Assembly (NCBI GenBank): GCA_964427405.1
Contig: CAYRUB010000001.1
Coordinates: 80,752 to 144,751 of the forward strand
From: an uncultured Planctomycetales bacterium
GTDB lineage: Bacteria > Omnitrophota > Gorgyraeia > Gygaellales > Profunditerraquicolaceae
Direction: 5' to 3'
DNA: 64,000 bases
Shown here: positions 10,262 through 21,696 of the stretch, piece by piece
How the letters are laid out: each line of letters starts with the position of its first letter
How positions within the stretch are numbered: position 1 is the stretch's first letter
The notes under the pieces: model-generated
Databases searched by the model: none
Told to the model about the DNA's origin: nothing
What the model saw: only the letters and a program-made list of their open reading frames with translations
Program-made: the position numbers and the translations under genes

Positions 10262-10335
10262 TGGGCGATAGGGGATTCGAACCTCTGACATCTACAATGT
10301 GAATGTAGCGCTCTAACCAACTGAGCCAATCGCCC
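10262..10335 (-). tRNA. tRNA-Val(CAC)
   Basis: Cloverleaf GGGCGAT...ATCGCCCA; anticodon arm CTACA-TTCACAT-TGTAG; GGTTCGAATCC; CCA not encoded. Confidence 0.93.
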
Positions 10336-10350
10336 ATAAAAAATCTATAC

Positions 10351-10424
10351 TGGGCCCACAGGGACTCGAACCCCGGACCAATTGATTATGAGTCAACTGC
10401 TCTAACCGACTGAGCTATGGGCCC
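10351..10424 (-). tRNA. tRNA-CAT, most likely tRNA-Ile2 (lysidine)
   Basis: GGGCCCA acceptor stem; anticodon arm GTTGA-CTCATAA-TCAAT; no initiator GGG/CCC anticodon stem; position downstream of rpoD is typical. Confidence 0.88.
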
Positions 10425-10480
10425 TAAAAATAATACTATATATTACTATTTTTAGCGGGTTTTAGCAAGTTAAAAAGGGA

Positions 10481-13400
10481 TTATTTTTCTTTCTTGATAA
10501 CAGTAAGGAAGTTGTTTACGATTCGAGGGTCAAACTGGGTTCCGGAGGATTTTTTAATCATATCTATAGCTTTAGCCTTAGTAAAAGCCTTATGGTACGG
10601 CCGGTCGCTAATTAAGGCCTGATATACATCGGCAATAGCAATAATTCTGGCCCCGATTGGAATGTCCTCGCCCTTTATCCCGCTAGGGTAACCCTTACCA
10701 TCCCATCTTTCATGATGATAAAAAATAAACGGGATTAAGGCATGCAAAAACTGGATAGGCCGTATTATATCTGCCCCGATCTGCGGATGTTTTTTAATCT
10801 CCTCAAACTCTCTTCTATTAAGCTTGCCTTTTTTGAGCAATATGTTTTCACTGATGCCAATCTTTCCTAAATCATGCAGCATAGCCGCTTGCTTAATCAA
10901 TTCCACATCTTCTTGAGGCAGATTTAAACATTTAGCGATTTCTGTTGCGTAATGCACGGTGTTTTCAACATGTTCACCGGTATAATGATCCTTTAATTCA
11001 ATGGTTTTAGCAAACGCAAAAATTGATTCTGACAGGCCCTGTTTTGATTTCCTGGTAAGCTTATCAATCGCCTTCTTTAAAGTTTTCACCCCTGCCGCTT
11101 TAGGAATCTTGCTTTTTTTAGACAGGTTATTCATATCTAAAGTAGAATAAGCCCGGTTACCCCCCTGCTCCTTGGCCTTATTAAGCACGGTGTTAGCCAA
11201 ATTAACTAAATCCATCCCGTTTTTTGCCCTATCATCCGGAAAAGAAACCGCAGCCAGGCTTAACTTTAACCTTACGCTGTGCTTCTTATTGCCAAAATTA
11301 ATGAAATTCAATGATTCCAGTAATCTCTGCGCCATGCTAAAAGCTAAATCCCTGTTTAACCTCGGTGAAATAATCAGGAATTCCTCTCCGGCATAACGGA
11401 TGAGGGTATCGTAGCGGCGCACCATACGCTTAAGCTGTTTGGAGAGTTGTTTTAAAACCAGATCCCCAAAAGCAATTCCATAAACGTCATTTATGGATTT
11501 AAAATAGTCAATATCCAACATAATGATCGCTAAACTATGGGCAAACCTACGGGTCCGGTGGAACTCCACCTCGACAACATCTTGCAGATAACGGCGATTA
11601 TAAAGCCCGGTTTGCGAATCAACCAGCGAAATACCCTTTAACTTTTCGTAGGATTTAAACAACTCCTGGTGAAGCTTGGTTTTTTCTAATTCCGCTTTTT
11701 TATGCAGTGACACTTCCTGAGAGAGATCCGCGGTACGCTCTTCTACGATCTCCTCTAAATGTTCACGGTAACGCCGCAGGCCTTCCTCAATCTGCATCCT
11801 TTCGCTTATATCAACATTCACCTCGGCAACCAGCCATTCACCATTCTCGTCCTGAAAAGGTATGGTAGTTACCGAAATCGGACGATTGCCCTCTTTGCCC
11901 AATATCTCCTGGCTGACTACGGTTTTCTTTGTCTTGAAAGCCTTCTCAATGGCGCAATCGGGGCAAGGAGTCTTACGGTCCATAAAATAATCAAAACAAC
12001 ACTTGCCCTCCCAGGGCCCGTATGTCTTTGCCCACTCCGGGTCAATATAACGGATACAATAATTTGTATCGATAATATCCAGTCCGGTCTTAGTTGCTCC
12101 GAGTATAAACTCAATCTGTTGACGTAATTTCTTAGCTTGTAACTCCGCGGACTCCTTTGATTTTACTTCTGATTCCAATTCTTTTGTGCGATGCTCTACT
12201 AAAAGCTCCAGCTTTTCACGATATATTTGCAATTCATTCTCATTTTTCTTATTTTCGGTAATATCACGATTGCTGGCCCTGCGCCCAAGTAATTTGCCTT
12301 CTTTATTATAAATAGGTACACACGCATGATTAACCCAATACACCTGGCCGTTGCGATTAACTATGCGAAAATCTGTTTCTAATTTTATAGAGCCATGTAC
12401 TGCCTCTTTTACCTTCTTACGGAAAGCTTCAATGTCATCCTTATGCACGATTTTCTCAATTAAACCAGGGTCATCTAGAAAATCTTTTTGCGTATACCCT
12501 GTAATACGTTCACACGAAGGAGAAACATAAATCATTTTACTATCCGTACCTTGCCAATATTCCCAGTCATAGGTAAAATCAGCTATGGTGCGAAACCTCT
12601 CTTCGCTTATACGCAAGGCCTCTTCAGCATTCTTACGCTGAGTTATATCACGCGCATACTCTATTACACCAACCAGCTTCTTTGTTTTCTCATCGAACAT
12701 CGGAAAACTGTAAAGATCAAGATAACCAATAATATTCTTATCTTTATCCTGGAAGGCAGTAACATTGTAAGCGGGCTTTAACGTCTTTAGAGTCTCTTTC
12801 ACCGGACATTTATCGCAGGGTTGGTTTCTGCCATGAAAAGCCATATAACATTTTTTCCCCACAAGAGGCATGTTATGCGCATGCCATTTTTCCTTAGTAG
12901 GATTAGTGCGTAAGACATTCATATCCGTATCCAATACACTTAAACCATCCTGAATACTAGAAAATACGCTATGCAGGAAGCTGCCTGCATTAAACAGCTC
13001 TTCTTCAATTCTTGCGCGGTCTTTTATTTCTTTACGCAGATTCTCATTAAGGCTGGTCAACTCCGCTGTCCTGACTTTAACCCTGATTTCAAGCTCGGAA
13101 CGGATATCCTTTTGTTTCTCTTCTTCTTTTTTTCGCTGCGAGATATCCCTGGCTATGCCGGTTGTGCCGATCGCATTACCTTGATCATCAAAAACCGGCG
13201 TTTTAACAGTTTCTATCCAAATTTCACCGTCTTGCTTATTAACCAATCTCTCTTCAATACATTTACGTTTTTTGCTTCTCATTACTTCACGGTCATCAGA
13301 ACGGTAACTTTCCGCTAAATCCCTGGGCCAGAGATCAAGATCAGTCTTGCCTACAATCTCATCAACCTTAAAACCGCAGGCCTTAGCAAAAGCTTCATTA

Positions 13401-13591
13401 ACCACAATAAATCTGCTATCAATATCTTTAAGCCAGACTATATCCGGGATATTATTCAAGATAGCTTTCTGTTGGAGCTCTGTATTACGCAGCTGTATAA
13501 CCGCTAGCTCAGGACTAGCGCTTAAATGTTTGAGCTTATCCAAATTACCCCGGCTTAATTTAATTTTATTTTCCTGTTTTTGATTTTCCAT
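10481..13591 (-). CDS. Multi-PAS / GGDEF (AGEEF variant) / HD-GYP c-di-GMP signalling protein
   Basis: Four PAS repeats (RDIT/RDIS-type ends), DIDYFKSIND..RYAGEEF, HDLGK, HHERWDGKGYP. Confidence 0.92.
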   Translation of the reverse strand: MENQKQENKIKLSRGNLDKLKHLSASPELAVIQLRNTELQQKAILNNIPDIVWLKDIDSRFIVVNEAFAKACGFKVDEIVGKTDLDLWPRDLAESYRSDDREVMRSKKRKCIEERLVNKQDGEIWIETVKTPVFDDQGNAIGTTGIARDISQRKKEEEKQKDIRSELEIRVKVRTAELTSLNENLRKEIKDRARIEEELFNAGSFLHSVFSSIQDGLSVLDTDMNVLRTNPTKEKWHAHNMPLVGKKCYMAFHGRNQPCDKCPVKETLKTLKPAYNVTAFQDKDKNIIGYLDLYSFPMFDEKTKKLVGVIEYARDITQRKNAEEALRISEERFRTIADFTYDWEYWQGTDSKMIYVSPSCERITGYTQKDFLDDPGLIEKIVHKDDIEAFRKKVKEAVHGSIKLETDFRIVNRNGQVYWVNHACVPIYNKEGKLLGRRASNRDITENKKNENELQIYREKLELLVEHRTKELESEVKSKESAELQAKKLRQQIEFILGATKTGLDIIDTNYCIRYIDPEWAKTYGPWEGKCCFDYFMDRKTPCPDCAIEKAFKTKKTVVSQEILGKEGNRPISVTTIPFQDENGEWLVAEVNVDISERMQIEEGLRRYREHLEEIVEERTADLSQEVSLHKKAELEKTKLHQELFKSYEKLKGISLVDSQTGLYNRRYLQDVVEVEFHRTRRFAHSLAIIMLDIDYFKSINDVYGIAFGDLVLKQLSKQLKRMVRRYDTLIRYAGEEFLIISPRLNRDLAFSMAQRLLESLNFINFGNKKHSVRLKLSLAAVSFPDDRAKNGMDLVNLANTVLNKAKEQGGNRAYSTLDMNNLSKKSKIPKAAGVKTLKKAIDKLTRKSKQGLSESIFAFAKTIELKDHYTGEHVENTVHYATEIAKCLNLPQEDVELIKQAAMLHDLGKIGISENILLKKGKLNRREFEEIKKHPQIGADIIRPIQFLHALIPFIFYHHERWDGKGYPSGIKGEDIPIGARIIAIADVYQALISDRPYHKAFTKAKAIDMIKKSSGTQFDPRIVNNFLTVIKKEK

Positions 13592-13606
13592 ATTTAGCTA
13601 ATTTAA

Positions 13607-13638
13607 CAAAAAGCAGCCATCCAAAAAGATAAGCTGCT
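13607..13638 (-). terminator. Intrinsic terminator after rpoD
   Basis: AGCAGCttatctttttggatgGCTGCT followed by a T-run on the minus strand. Confidence 0.65.
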
Positions 13639-13666
13639 CATGGCATGGTTTGTGACCAAGAAAATA

Positions 13667-15220
13667 TTAATATTCCCTCTGATGCGCTAAGGTCATATCC
13701 ATAAAAGTACGCAATCTGCGTGAACGTGACGGATGGCGAAGTTTTTTTAAGGCCTTGGCTTCAATCTGCCTGACCCTCTCGCGTGTAACCTTAAAAACAT
13801 TACCTACCTCTTCCAAGGTACGCGAGGAGCCGTCGGCAATACCAAAACGCAAAATCAGGATTTTCTTTTCTCTTTCCGTTAACGTGCTTAAAGCAGAGTT
13901 CATCTCATCTTTTAACATTGAACGCACAGTTTCATTTGCCGGAGAAACCGCCTTCTTATCCTGAATAAAATCACCAAAATGCGTATCACCTTCATCTCCT
14001 ATGGGCATCTGCAAAGATATGGGCTCCTGGGCAATCTTCAATATTGATTTTATTTTACCTTGCGGAAAACGCATTTTATGCGCAATCTCTTCGGGGGTAG
14101 GTTCACGACCGTTTTTCTGAACAAAGACCCTTGAAAAACGGATTATCTTATTTATTGTTTCAGTCATATGAACAGGTATTCTAATCGTACGCGCTTGGTC
14201 GGCAATCGAACGGGTAATCGCCTGACGGATCCACCAGGTAGCATAAGTTGAGAATTTATAACCGCGCTTATATTCAAATTTCTCGACGGCGCGCATAAGG
14301 CCGATATTGCCCTCCTGGATCAAATCAAGAAACGAAAGCCCGCGGTTAGTATATTTCTTTGCTATACTTACAACCAGACGCAGATTTGCCTCCACTAGTT
14401 TCTTTTTTGTGCGGCTAAACTTAAGATGAGCAGACTTTATTAATTTCATCTGTTCTTTGATCTTACTGTATGGCTCAGCAATCTCTTTAAGTATCTGAGA
14501 CTGGCGCTCCCTGCTAGCCTTCCCCGAACGCCTTAAATGTTCCAGCTCCCGAAGTAAAGCGCTTAATTTACGCACCGCCGCTTCAATTACGGAAGTGGTA
14601 AAATTAAGCTGCAAGATTAGGTTGATAATATTGCCCTCACTGCGCGAATGCTTTGCTTTAGCTAAAAAACGCTTAAATCTTCCGATAACGCTATTTTTCT
14701 TTATCTTAATATCTTCTTTAACCACCTCTTCCATATTAATTTTATCTTCTAAAATATCATTGGCAACAGTTAAGACCTCGTTTCTGGCAAACTTAGTAAC
14801 CAGGACCACGCGCTTAAATTTATCTTCAGCATCCTCAATTTTCTTAGCCAATTCAATTTCGTTTTCACGGCTCAAAAGCGAAATAGAACCCATCTGTTTT
14901 AAATACATCTTTACCGGATCATCCAAAGGCATAAAACGTTCTTCACTTTTAAGCTGCTCAGTCAACAATTCATCCCGGGCCTGGGCCAAAGTTTGCTTAT
15001 CCTGCTGCGCCCTGTTTACTGATAAACCCGCATCAGCCTCCCCCTCAACCACCTGGATATCTTCGTTACCCAACAATTCAAAAAGATGGTCTATAGCCAC
15101 AGTACTTGAAAGATCCTCAGGCAACAGGTCATTTACTTCATCATAAGTAAGAAACCCCTTGCGTTTACCAAGGGCAATTAGTTTCTCCATATCTTTAGTG
15201 GGCTGCTCTCTCTTTTTCAT
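13667..15220 (-). CDS. rpoD: Primary sigma factor RpoD
   Basis: Region 1.1, [41 protein letters not shown]. Confidence 0.97.
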   Translation of the reverse strand: MKKREQPTKDMEKLIALGKRKGFLTYDEVNDLLPEDLSSTVAIDHLFELLGNEDIQVVEGEADAGLSVNRAQQDKQTLAQARDELLTEQLKSEERFMPLDDPVKMYLKQMGSISLLSRENEIELAKKIEDAEDKFKRVVLVTKFARNEVLTVANDILEDKINMEEVVKEDIKIKKNSVIGRFKRFLAKAKHSRSEGNIINLILQLNFTTSVIEAAVRKLSALLRELEHLRRSGKASRERQSQILKEIAEPYSKIKEQMKLIKSAHLKFSRTKKKLVEANLRLVVSIAKKYTNRGLSFLDLIQEGNIGLMRAVEKFEYKRGYKFSTYATWWIRQAITRSIADQARTIRIPVHMTETINKIIRFSRVFVQKNGREPTPEEIAHKMRFPQGKIKSILKIAQEPISLQMPIGDEGDTHFGDFIQDKKAVSPANETVRSMLKDEMNSALSTLTEREKKILILRFGIADGSSRTLEEVGNVFKVTRERVRQIEAKALKKLRHPSRSRRLRTFMDMTLAHQREY

Positions 15221-15225
15221 CCTGA

Positions 15226-16989
15226 TTAACCTTTCTTTATTAAATTATGAAATTCCTTAATAAGACTGTTTAACTTTTGTTCATCACCCAAAGATTGCGC
15301 GCTTTTTATCTGTATATGCAGGTGTTCTCTTTGAGATTTTAATCTTTGCACTTTAACACGCGCAATACAGTCATTGACGGCTTTTTCCCTATCCTGGCCC
15401 AAAAGCTCCGGCATAAACATAGACTCACAAACCAGCTGGCTGGCATCATCTTCACTGAAATAATTCATCAAAATGCTGGGCTCAATATTTTTACCCTGAG
15501 CGAACAAATCTTGCATTACTGAAACAACTTTAGCAGTACGCATATCGGCAAAATCAGCAGGTGAAAGCTCATTCATAATCTTCTCAATCAACTCTCTTTC
15601 TTCAAGCATGAACTTAATTAAAAGCTTTTCTGCAGGGTTAATTCCCGAGACGGATTTTTTAACACATAAATCTTCGCCTGAACGTCCGGTTAGGCTCGGC
15701 TTTAATTTATTCAACTCTTCAAGTATATAATGCTCCGGAATCTTAATATCCTCTGAAAGCCGCTTTATATACTCACCTCTAAGAATAGCATTATCAAACT
15801 TATTGATCGTTGAAAGCATTTCAGAGGCAATTTTACTTTTACCATGCGCATCTTTTATATTATGACGGCATTTTAAAACTTCCAGCTTATAGTCAAAGAG
15901 GCTTTTAGCATTCTGAAGCTTAGCCTTGAAACTATTAATCCCCTCTTGGCGCACCAAGGTATCAGGATCCATTCCTTTTGGAAGAGGAACGACTTTTACG
16001 TTCATACCTTCCTCAATAAGCATATCCAGACTTCTTAGGGTAGCTATTTCACCAGCGGTATCGCCATCATAAATCATTACTACATTGTGCGTGTAACGCT
16101 TAAGCAATCTAATTTGTTCTAAGGTAAGCGCGGTCCCCTGTGAAGCCACGATATTATTCAGGCCCTCCTGATACGGAATCATAAAATCCAGGTAACCTTC
16201 CACAATTATCGCAAAATCATTCTCCCTTATATAATCTTTGGATAAATTCAAACCAAAAAAATTCTTACCTTTGATGTAAACCGGAGTCTCAGGGGAATTA
16301 ATATACTTAGGTAAAGTTTTATCCATTACCCTGGCGCCAAAACCAATTACGCGATTACGGATATCAAGAATCGGAAAAATAATACGGTTACGGAAGCGGT
16401 CATAATAGCCTCCTGCCTCTTTAGGCAAAATTAACCCGGCTTTTTCTATCAAAGAAAGGCTGATACCTTTTGACCTTAAGAAATTAATCAGGCTATCCCA
16501 TCCGGAGGGTGCCAACCCCAGATGAAACTCCTTAATCGTCTGAAGCTTGATCCCTCTATTTAAGAGATAATCGCGGCAGGCTGACGCGCCAGTTGCATGA
16601 AGCATATTTTCATAAAAACTTACTGCCAATTCATTAATTTTATAAAGCTGGCTGGTTAAACTAACCTGCCTGGCTATCTCCGGTTTATCTTGTTCGGGCA
16701 AGACAACTCCCGCTTTCTTTGCCAGCATTTCAACAGCCTCGGGGAATTCCATCCTTTCATGGCGCATCAAAAATTTAAAAGCATTGCCTGACTCGCCGCA
16801 GCCAAAACAATGATAAATCTGACGGTCAGGAGAAACCGTAAAAGAAGGAGTCTTTTCATGATGAAACGGGCAATTGGCTTTAAAATTACGACCAGCCTTC
16901 TTAAGCGGGATATAACCGGAAATAATCTCAATTATATCCACACGGCTTAATATATCTTCTAATAAATTTTCGGGTATACGACCGGACAT
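15226..16989 (-). CDS. dnaG: DNA primase
   Basis: CPFH..CFGC zinc domain, [24 protein letters not shown] motifs. Confidence 0.97.
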   Translation of the reverse strand: MSGRIPENLLEDILSRVDIIEIISGYIPLKKAGRNFKANCPFHHEKTPSFTVSPDRQIYHCFGCGESGNAFKFLMRHERMEFPEAVEMLAKKAGVVLPEQDKPEIARQVSLTSQLYKINELAVSFYENMLHATGASACRDYLLNRGIKLQTIKEFHLGLAPSGWDSLINFLRSKGISLSLIEKAGLILPKEAGGYYDRFRNRIIFPILDIRNRVIGFGARVMDKTLPKYINSPETPVYIKGKNFFGLNLSKDYIRENDFAIIVEGYLDFMIPYQEGLNNIVASQGTALTLEQIRLLKRYTHNVVMIYDGDTAGEIATLRSLDMLIEEGMNVKVVPLPKGMDPDTLVRQEGINSFKAKLQNAKSLFDYKLEVLKCRHNIKDAHGKSKIASEMLSTINKFDNAILRGEYIKRLSEDIKIPEHYILEELNKLKPSLTGRSGEDLCVKKSVSGINPAEKLLIKFMLEERELIEKIMNELSPADFADMRTAKVVSVMQDLFAQGKNIEPSILMNYFSEDDASQLVCESMFMPELLGQDREKAVNDCIARVKVQRLKSQREHLHIQIKSAQSLGDEQKLNSLIKEFHNLIKKG

Positions 16990-16992
16990 TCT

Positions 16993-17877
16993 TTACCTTC
17001 TTCTGATCCTAGTGAAACCGGAACAGGCAACCACCTGGAATTGCTGTTTTGCGGATTTCTCTATATTATCCAATAGTAAATTTAAGCCCAGGGTATCACT
17101 GGATATATGCCCTGCGATAACAACATTAAGATTTGCGTCTTTAACCTTCTTAAGATGCTCTTCGCTTAAATGCATGGAAACCAAGGTTCTCACCCCGGCC
17201 TTGTATAATTTGCTAAAAACATCTTTTGATCCCTCTGTGCCTCCGGTCATCTCAAGTAAAATCTTGCCTACCGGCCTTTTTGAATTGCCCAGAATTATGC
17301 GCGGACCGGTATTAAACTTTTCGGCAATCTGGTACTCGGGGATAGTCTTTAATATCTTAACTATATCTCCCACCAAGACCGGAGCGTTACGTTTCTGCTT
17401 AAAAAGAGAATCTAAAAACCTATATACATGATTATCAGCAGGAGTATGCAAATTCATATAAGGCATATTCAAGAGCCGGGCCGCGTCCACAGGACGAGTA
17501 TGATTTTGCGGCAATACCCTACGCTCTACCTCAAGCATCCTTTCTTCAAGCAGCCGGACAGCTGTTTTATAGGCTACTCCAGCCTGTCTCAATAGATCCA
17601 CCTGAAGCCTCATTACCTCGTGCAAACCTACATAGGCCTTACCCTCAGGATGGTGAGCAACTACCAAATCCAAGCCTTCTTTTTCACGGATGCGATCAGC
17701 AAGCAGAAGCTCAGCTACTTCAATATCAATACCAACCATTATTTTTCTTACTTCTGTATTGGGTTTACCAAAAAGAATCGCTGAATCAGGAAAAGAAATA
17801 ATCCCTTTTTTATCCCTGCGCGGGTCAGCAACCCGGCCAAAACTGACCGCCTGATTGTAAAAATTAATTAGTTTCAT
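16993..17877 (-). CDS. NIF3 (NGG1-interacting factor)-like protein
   Basis: GIDI, AHHP, HTPADN, GHISSD. Confidence 0.85.
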   Translation of the reverse strand: MKLINFYNQAVSFGRVADPRRDKKGIISFPDSAILFGKPNTEVRKIMVGIDIEVAELLLADRIREKEGLDLVVAHHPEGKAYVGLHEVMRLQVDLLRQAGVAYKTAVRLLEERMLEVERRVLPQNHTRPVDAARLLNMPYMNLHTPADNHVYRFLDSLFKQKRNAPVLVGDIVKILKTIPEYQIAEKFNTGPRIILGNSKRPVGKILLEMTGGTEGSKDVFSKLYKAGVRTLVSMHLSEEHLKKVKDANLNVVIAGHISSDTLGLNLLLDNIEKSAKQQFQVVACSGFTRIRRR

Positions 17878-18455
17878 TTTTTAGTAAAATTGTCCTTAAC
17901 TTCATTAACAACAGCATTAGATTTTTCCTGCGGGGAAAATTTAGAGAAAATACTATTCCAAATCCAATTATATGTTTGAGCAGAAACTGAAGAAAACCTG
18001 CTACCCAGATAAGAATGTTTGACCGAACTGCTGAGGTAACTTACACTTGAAATCATTAACACATAGATTAACAAACCGATACTAAAATAACCACGCGCTA
18101 AACCCAGGACCAATCCGCCATATCTGTTAAGATTAGGAGCTGCCTCCATCTTCATGAAACGATAAAAGGTGCTGCGCAAAAAGACAAAACATAGGTATAC
18201 AGCACCAGCCAAAATAACAAAGATTAAAAAATCTACAAATTCAACCGGCATAGCTTTAGAGATATACCAGCGTTGAACAATATCCGAAAGATAAGTGTAA
18301 TAATGTGAGGCGATATATATCGCGAATAATACACCCAAGAGCTTAAAAAATTCTATAGCTAACCCGGTTTTAACAGCAATGTAACATATTCTAAATAATA
18401 TAATTAGGATAATTATGTCCAAAAAATTAAATTGCTGAACAACGTTTATTACCAT
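17874..18455 (-). CDS. cvpA: CvpA family membrane protein
   Basis: NFLDII start, four TM helices, NRYGGLVLGLARG. Confidence 0.78.
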   Translation of the reverse strand: MVINVVQQFNFLDIIILIILFRICYIAVKTGLAIEFFKLLGVLFAIYIASHYYTYLSDIVQRWYISKAMPVEFVDFLIFVILAGAVYLCFVFLRSTFYRFMKMEAAPNLNRYGGLVLGLARGYFSIGLLIYVLMISSVSYLSSSVKHSYLGSRFSSVSAQTYNWIWNSIFSKFSPQEKSNAVVNEVKDNFTKK

Positions 18456-18483
18456 TATATCCTCCTCTTATTGAAATATTGAA

Positions 18484-18513
18484 AGTATAACATATATTCG
18501 GGTGGCTTGTCAA
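18484..18513 (-). promoter_or_regulatory. Sigma70 promoter for cvpA-nif3-dnaG-rpoD
   Basis: TTGACA-18 nt-TATACT with an extended -10 TG. Confidence 0.6.
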
Positions 18514-18528
18514 GGAAAGGGCTTTCCT

Positions 18529-19461
18529 TTACTCCTTAAACCAGGATATGGTCCGCTCAAGCCCCTCCCGCAGACAAATAGAAGGTTCCCAGGAAAGGAA
18601 TTTCTTGGCTTTACTGATATCCGGCTGGCGCTGACGGGGGTCATCCACGGGAAGTTGCTTATAGACTATCCTGCTTTTTGTTTGAGTTATCTTTAAAACC
18701 AGTTTTGCAAGCTGCATTATAGTAAACTCATCAGGATTGCCTAAATTTACAGGTTTATTTATCTTTGAAAGCATCAGGCGCAATAGCCCCTCCAGCAAAT
18801 CGTCAATATAACAAAAACTTCGCGTCTGCTGGCCTTTTCCATAAACAGTTAAAGGCTTATTGTTTATCGCAGAAAATATAAAATTAGGAACTACCCTGCC
18901 GTCATTATGGCGCATCCTGGGGCCATAAGTATTAAAAATACGCACAATCTTTGTATCCAACTTATGCACGCGGTGATAGGCCATGGTAAGCGCCTCGGCA
19001 AAACGTTTGGATTCATCATAACAGCCGCGCACCCCCACAGGATTAACATGCCCCCAATAACTTTCGTTCTGGGGATGAATTAACGGATCGCCATAAACTT
19101 CTGAGGTAGAAAACAGGAGGAATGAAGACTTTTTCTTTTTGGCTAAACCTAAGGCATTATGCGTGCCCAAAGAACCGACCTTTAAAGTCTGTATCGGGAA
19201 ATCCAGGTAATCCTTCGGGGAAGCCAATGAAGCGCAATGTAAAACATAATCTATCTTACCCGGAATATCAATATAGTTTGAAACATTACGCTTATCAAAA
19301 CGAAAATTCTTATGCTTAAACAATTGTTTAATATTTTCCAGCGAACCGGTGGCAAAATTATCCAGGCATATTACAGCGTAATTATTATCAAGCAGCTTTT
19401 CGCACATGTGCGAGCCGATAAAACCTGCACCTCCGGTAATTAAGACGGTTTTTTTACGCAT
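18529..19461 (-). CDS. UDP-glucuronate decarboxylase (UDP-xylose synthase)-like SDR
   Basis: [37 protein letters not shown]. Confidence 0.9.
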   Translation of the reverse strand: MRKKTVLITGGAGFIGSHMCEKLLDNNYAVICLDNFATGSLENIKQLFKHKNFRFDKRNVSNYIDIPGKIDYVLHCASLASPKDYLDFPIQTLKVGSLGTHNALGLAKKKKSSFLLFSTSEVYGDPLIHPQNESYWGHVNPVGVRGCYDESKRFAEALTMAYHRVHKLDTKIVRIFNTYGPRMRHNDGRVVPNFIFSAINNKPLTVYGKGQQTRSFCYIDDLLEGLLRLMLSKINKPVNLGNPDEFTIMQLAKLVLKITQTKSRIVYKQLPVDDPRQRQPDISKAKKFLSWEPSICLREGLERTISWFKE

Positions 19462-20389
19462 GCCGCTTCCAATAGTCCACAGTAATTTTTAAACCACTTA
19501 AAAAATCAACAGCAGGTTTAAATTTCAAAATTTTAGCTGAAGTCCTTATGTCCGCCAATGTCCTGAATACATCTCCCGGACGGCTGCTAAGCAATACGGG
19601 CGAGATATCTTTTTCTAAAATTTTATTTAACATCTTAACTAAATCCAATATTGTAGTATCTTTTCCCCCTGCAACATTAAAGACTCCATATTTTACTTTA
19701 TCTGCCCTTACAGCCAAAAGATTAGCCTGCACTACATTTTGCACAAAGGTAAAATCGCGTGACTGCCTGCCGTTGCCGAAAATCGGCGGCCGATGATTAT
19801 GCAACAGGCAATTAATAAATTTGGGGATAACCACCGCATATTCATCATCGAGTGCCTGGCGCGGGCCAAAGACATTAAAATAGCGCAAGGCAATTGTAGG
19901 CAGGCCGTAATGCAAGCTAAATATCCTGCAATAATACTCACCCGTTAATTTACTTAATGCGTACGGCGAGATGGGCTCAGGGATAAAGTTTTCTTTTTCA
20001 GGAAAAGTATCTACCTGTCCATAAACCGAGCTCGACGATGCAAAAACAAAACGCTTAACCCTGTTATTTTTTGCCGCCTCAAGCATATTTAATGCGCCAT
20101 CGATATTAACCCGGTTGTACGCATGCGGGTCTTTCATTGACTTAGGCACGCTTCTTAATGCAGCCTGATGCAGTACAAAGTCCATCCCTCTTGTTGCTTT
20201 AGAACATACGCCTGGCGAACAAATATCACCTCTAATCAAATCAATTTTCTTTTCCAGCCCTTTAAGATTAGAGATCCTGCCGCTTGAAAAATTATCCAGC
20301 ACGCGCACGTAATGCTTTTGCTTAATTAAAGCCTCAACAATATGCGAACCTATAAAGCCAGCGCCTCCGGTTACCAGATACCTGCTCAT
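19454..20389 (-). CDS. NAD-dependent nucleotide-sugar epimerase (WbpP-like)
   Basis: [32 protein letters not shown]. Confidence 0.9.
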   Translation of the reverse strand: MSRYLVTGGAGFIGSHIVEALIKQKHYVRVLDNFSSGRISNLKGLEKKIDLIRGDICSPGVCSKATRGMDFVLHQAALRSVPKSMKDPHAYNRVNIDGALNMLEAAKNNRVKRFVFASSSSVYGQVDTFPEKENFIPEPISPYALSKLTGEYYCRIFSLHYGLPTIALRYFNVFGPRQALDDEYAVVIPKFINCLLHNHRPPIFGNGRQSRDFTFVQNVVQANLLAVRADKVKYGVFNVAGGKDTTILDLVKMLNKILEKDISPVLLSSRPGDVFRTLADIRTSAKILKFKPAVDFLSGLKITVDYWKRHA

Positions 20390-21696
20390 AAGCGCTCCAC
20401 CTTATCTTTATGGCAGCCCTTAAAAACATTCCTGGAATCAAATATTAATTTTGCGTTTTTCAGCAATCCCATATAATCCACTCCCGAATGATCAGTGGCA
20501 ATCAAGACACAATCAAACTCCTTGATTTTTTTATCATTCAGTTCAACTGATTTTAAATCAATCTCCTTTAGCTTAAGAAAAGGTATAAGTGGATCCGAAT
20601 ATGCAACCTTAGCCCCATGCCTTCTTAGGCTATTGATCACATCAATGCTTGGAGACTTGCGTAAATCTTTCACATCTTTCTTATAAGTAACCCCCATAAT
20701 TAGTATCTTTGAATTCCTAATTTTTTTGCTGCGCCGGCCGAGGGCATCTTCGATCCTTTTTACGATATATTCGGGCATATAATTTATTACATTTGAAGCA
20801 AGCTTGATAAACCGCGAATGAAAACCAAAACTTTTGGCCTTCCAATGCAGATATAAAGGGTCTTTGGGGATACAGTGCCCTCCTACCCCGGGCCCGGGAT
20901 AAAAAGGCATAAAACCAAAAGGCTTGGTACTGGCAGCCTGGACTACCTCCCAAATATCAATCTTCATTTTATGCGCCATCATTGATAACTCATCGATTAA
21001 ACCGATGTTAATCAAGCGAAAGGTATTCTCAAGAAGCTTTACTGTTTCGGCGCAGCGCGCGCTGCTTACAGGAACTACCTTTTTAATAATAACGCCGTAT
21101 ACCAGCATCGCCAACCGGGTGGCTTTAGGGCTAAGCCCTCCGACAACCTTAGGGATTTTATGTACAGGGAATTTTTTATTACCCGGGTCGATCCTTTCAG
21201 GCGAGAAACAAAGGTAGAAATCTTTTCCATGTACAAAACCGCGGCCCTGAAAAATCGGCAGGATCTCCTCTTCCGTTGTCCCGGGATAAGTTGTACTTTC
21301 TAAAATCACAAGCGCGCCTTTTTTTATATGCAGAGCCGCTTCCTTTACCGCATTTTTTATAAATGAGATATCCGGCAAATTCCTACCCTTAAGCGGGGTA
21401 GGGACACAGATTAAGATTACATCCGCATCTTTAATATCCGAGAAATCTGCGCTTGCTTTAAAACAACCGCTGTTTAAGCTGCAGCTTAACTCTTTATTAC
21501 TGATATCGCTGATATAAGAAATTTTATTTATAATAGACTTAAGCCGGTCGCGGTCAATTTCAATACCGGTTACCGGGAGGCGTTTCCTGGCAAACTCTAA
21601 AGCCAGGGGAAACCCAACATAACCTAAACCTACCACCGCTATTTTTAAGCGCTTGTTTTTTATCTTCCTGCGTAAATCAAAAATAGCCCTATCCAT
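20386..21696 (-). CDS. UDP-N-acetylhexosamine dehydrogenase (WbpA/WecC family)
   Basis: GLGYVG, ESTTYPG, SPERIDPG, GGHCIP. Confidence 0.9.
   Translation of the reverse strand: MDRAIFDLRRKIKNKRLKIAVVGLGYVGFPLALEFARKRLPVTGIEIDRDRLKSIINKISYISDISNKELSCSLNSGCFKASADFSDIKDADVILICVPTPLKGRNLPDISFIKNAVKEAALHIKKGALVILESTTYPGTTEEEILPIFQGRGFVHGKDFYLCFSPERIDPGNKKFPVHKIPKVVGGLSPKATRLAMLVYGVIIKKVVPVSSARCAETVKLLENTFRLINIGLIDELSMMAHKMKIDIWEVVQAASTKPFGFMPFYPGPGVGGHCIPKDPLYLHWKAKSFGFHSRFIKLASNVINYMPEYIVKRIEDALGRRSKKIRNSKILIMGVTYKKDVKDLRKSPSIDVINSLRRHGAKVAYSDPLIPFLKLKEIDLKSVELNDKKIKEFDCVLIATDHSGVDYMGLLKNAKLIFDSRNVFKGCHKDKVERL

Noticed and set aside
10262-10335. A-C mismatch in the tRNA-Val T-stem as a sign of a pseudogene or integration scar
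   Set aside because: It is a single mismatch, the other arms are intact, and no duplicated 3' end was seen
13592-13666. c-di-GMP riboswitch upstream of the GGDEF/HD-GYP gene
   Set aside because: Only a terminator hairpin is present; I saw no GEMM-type consensus
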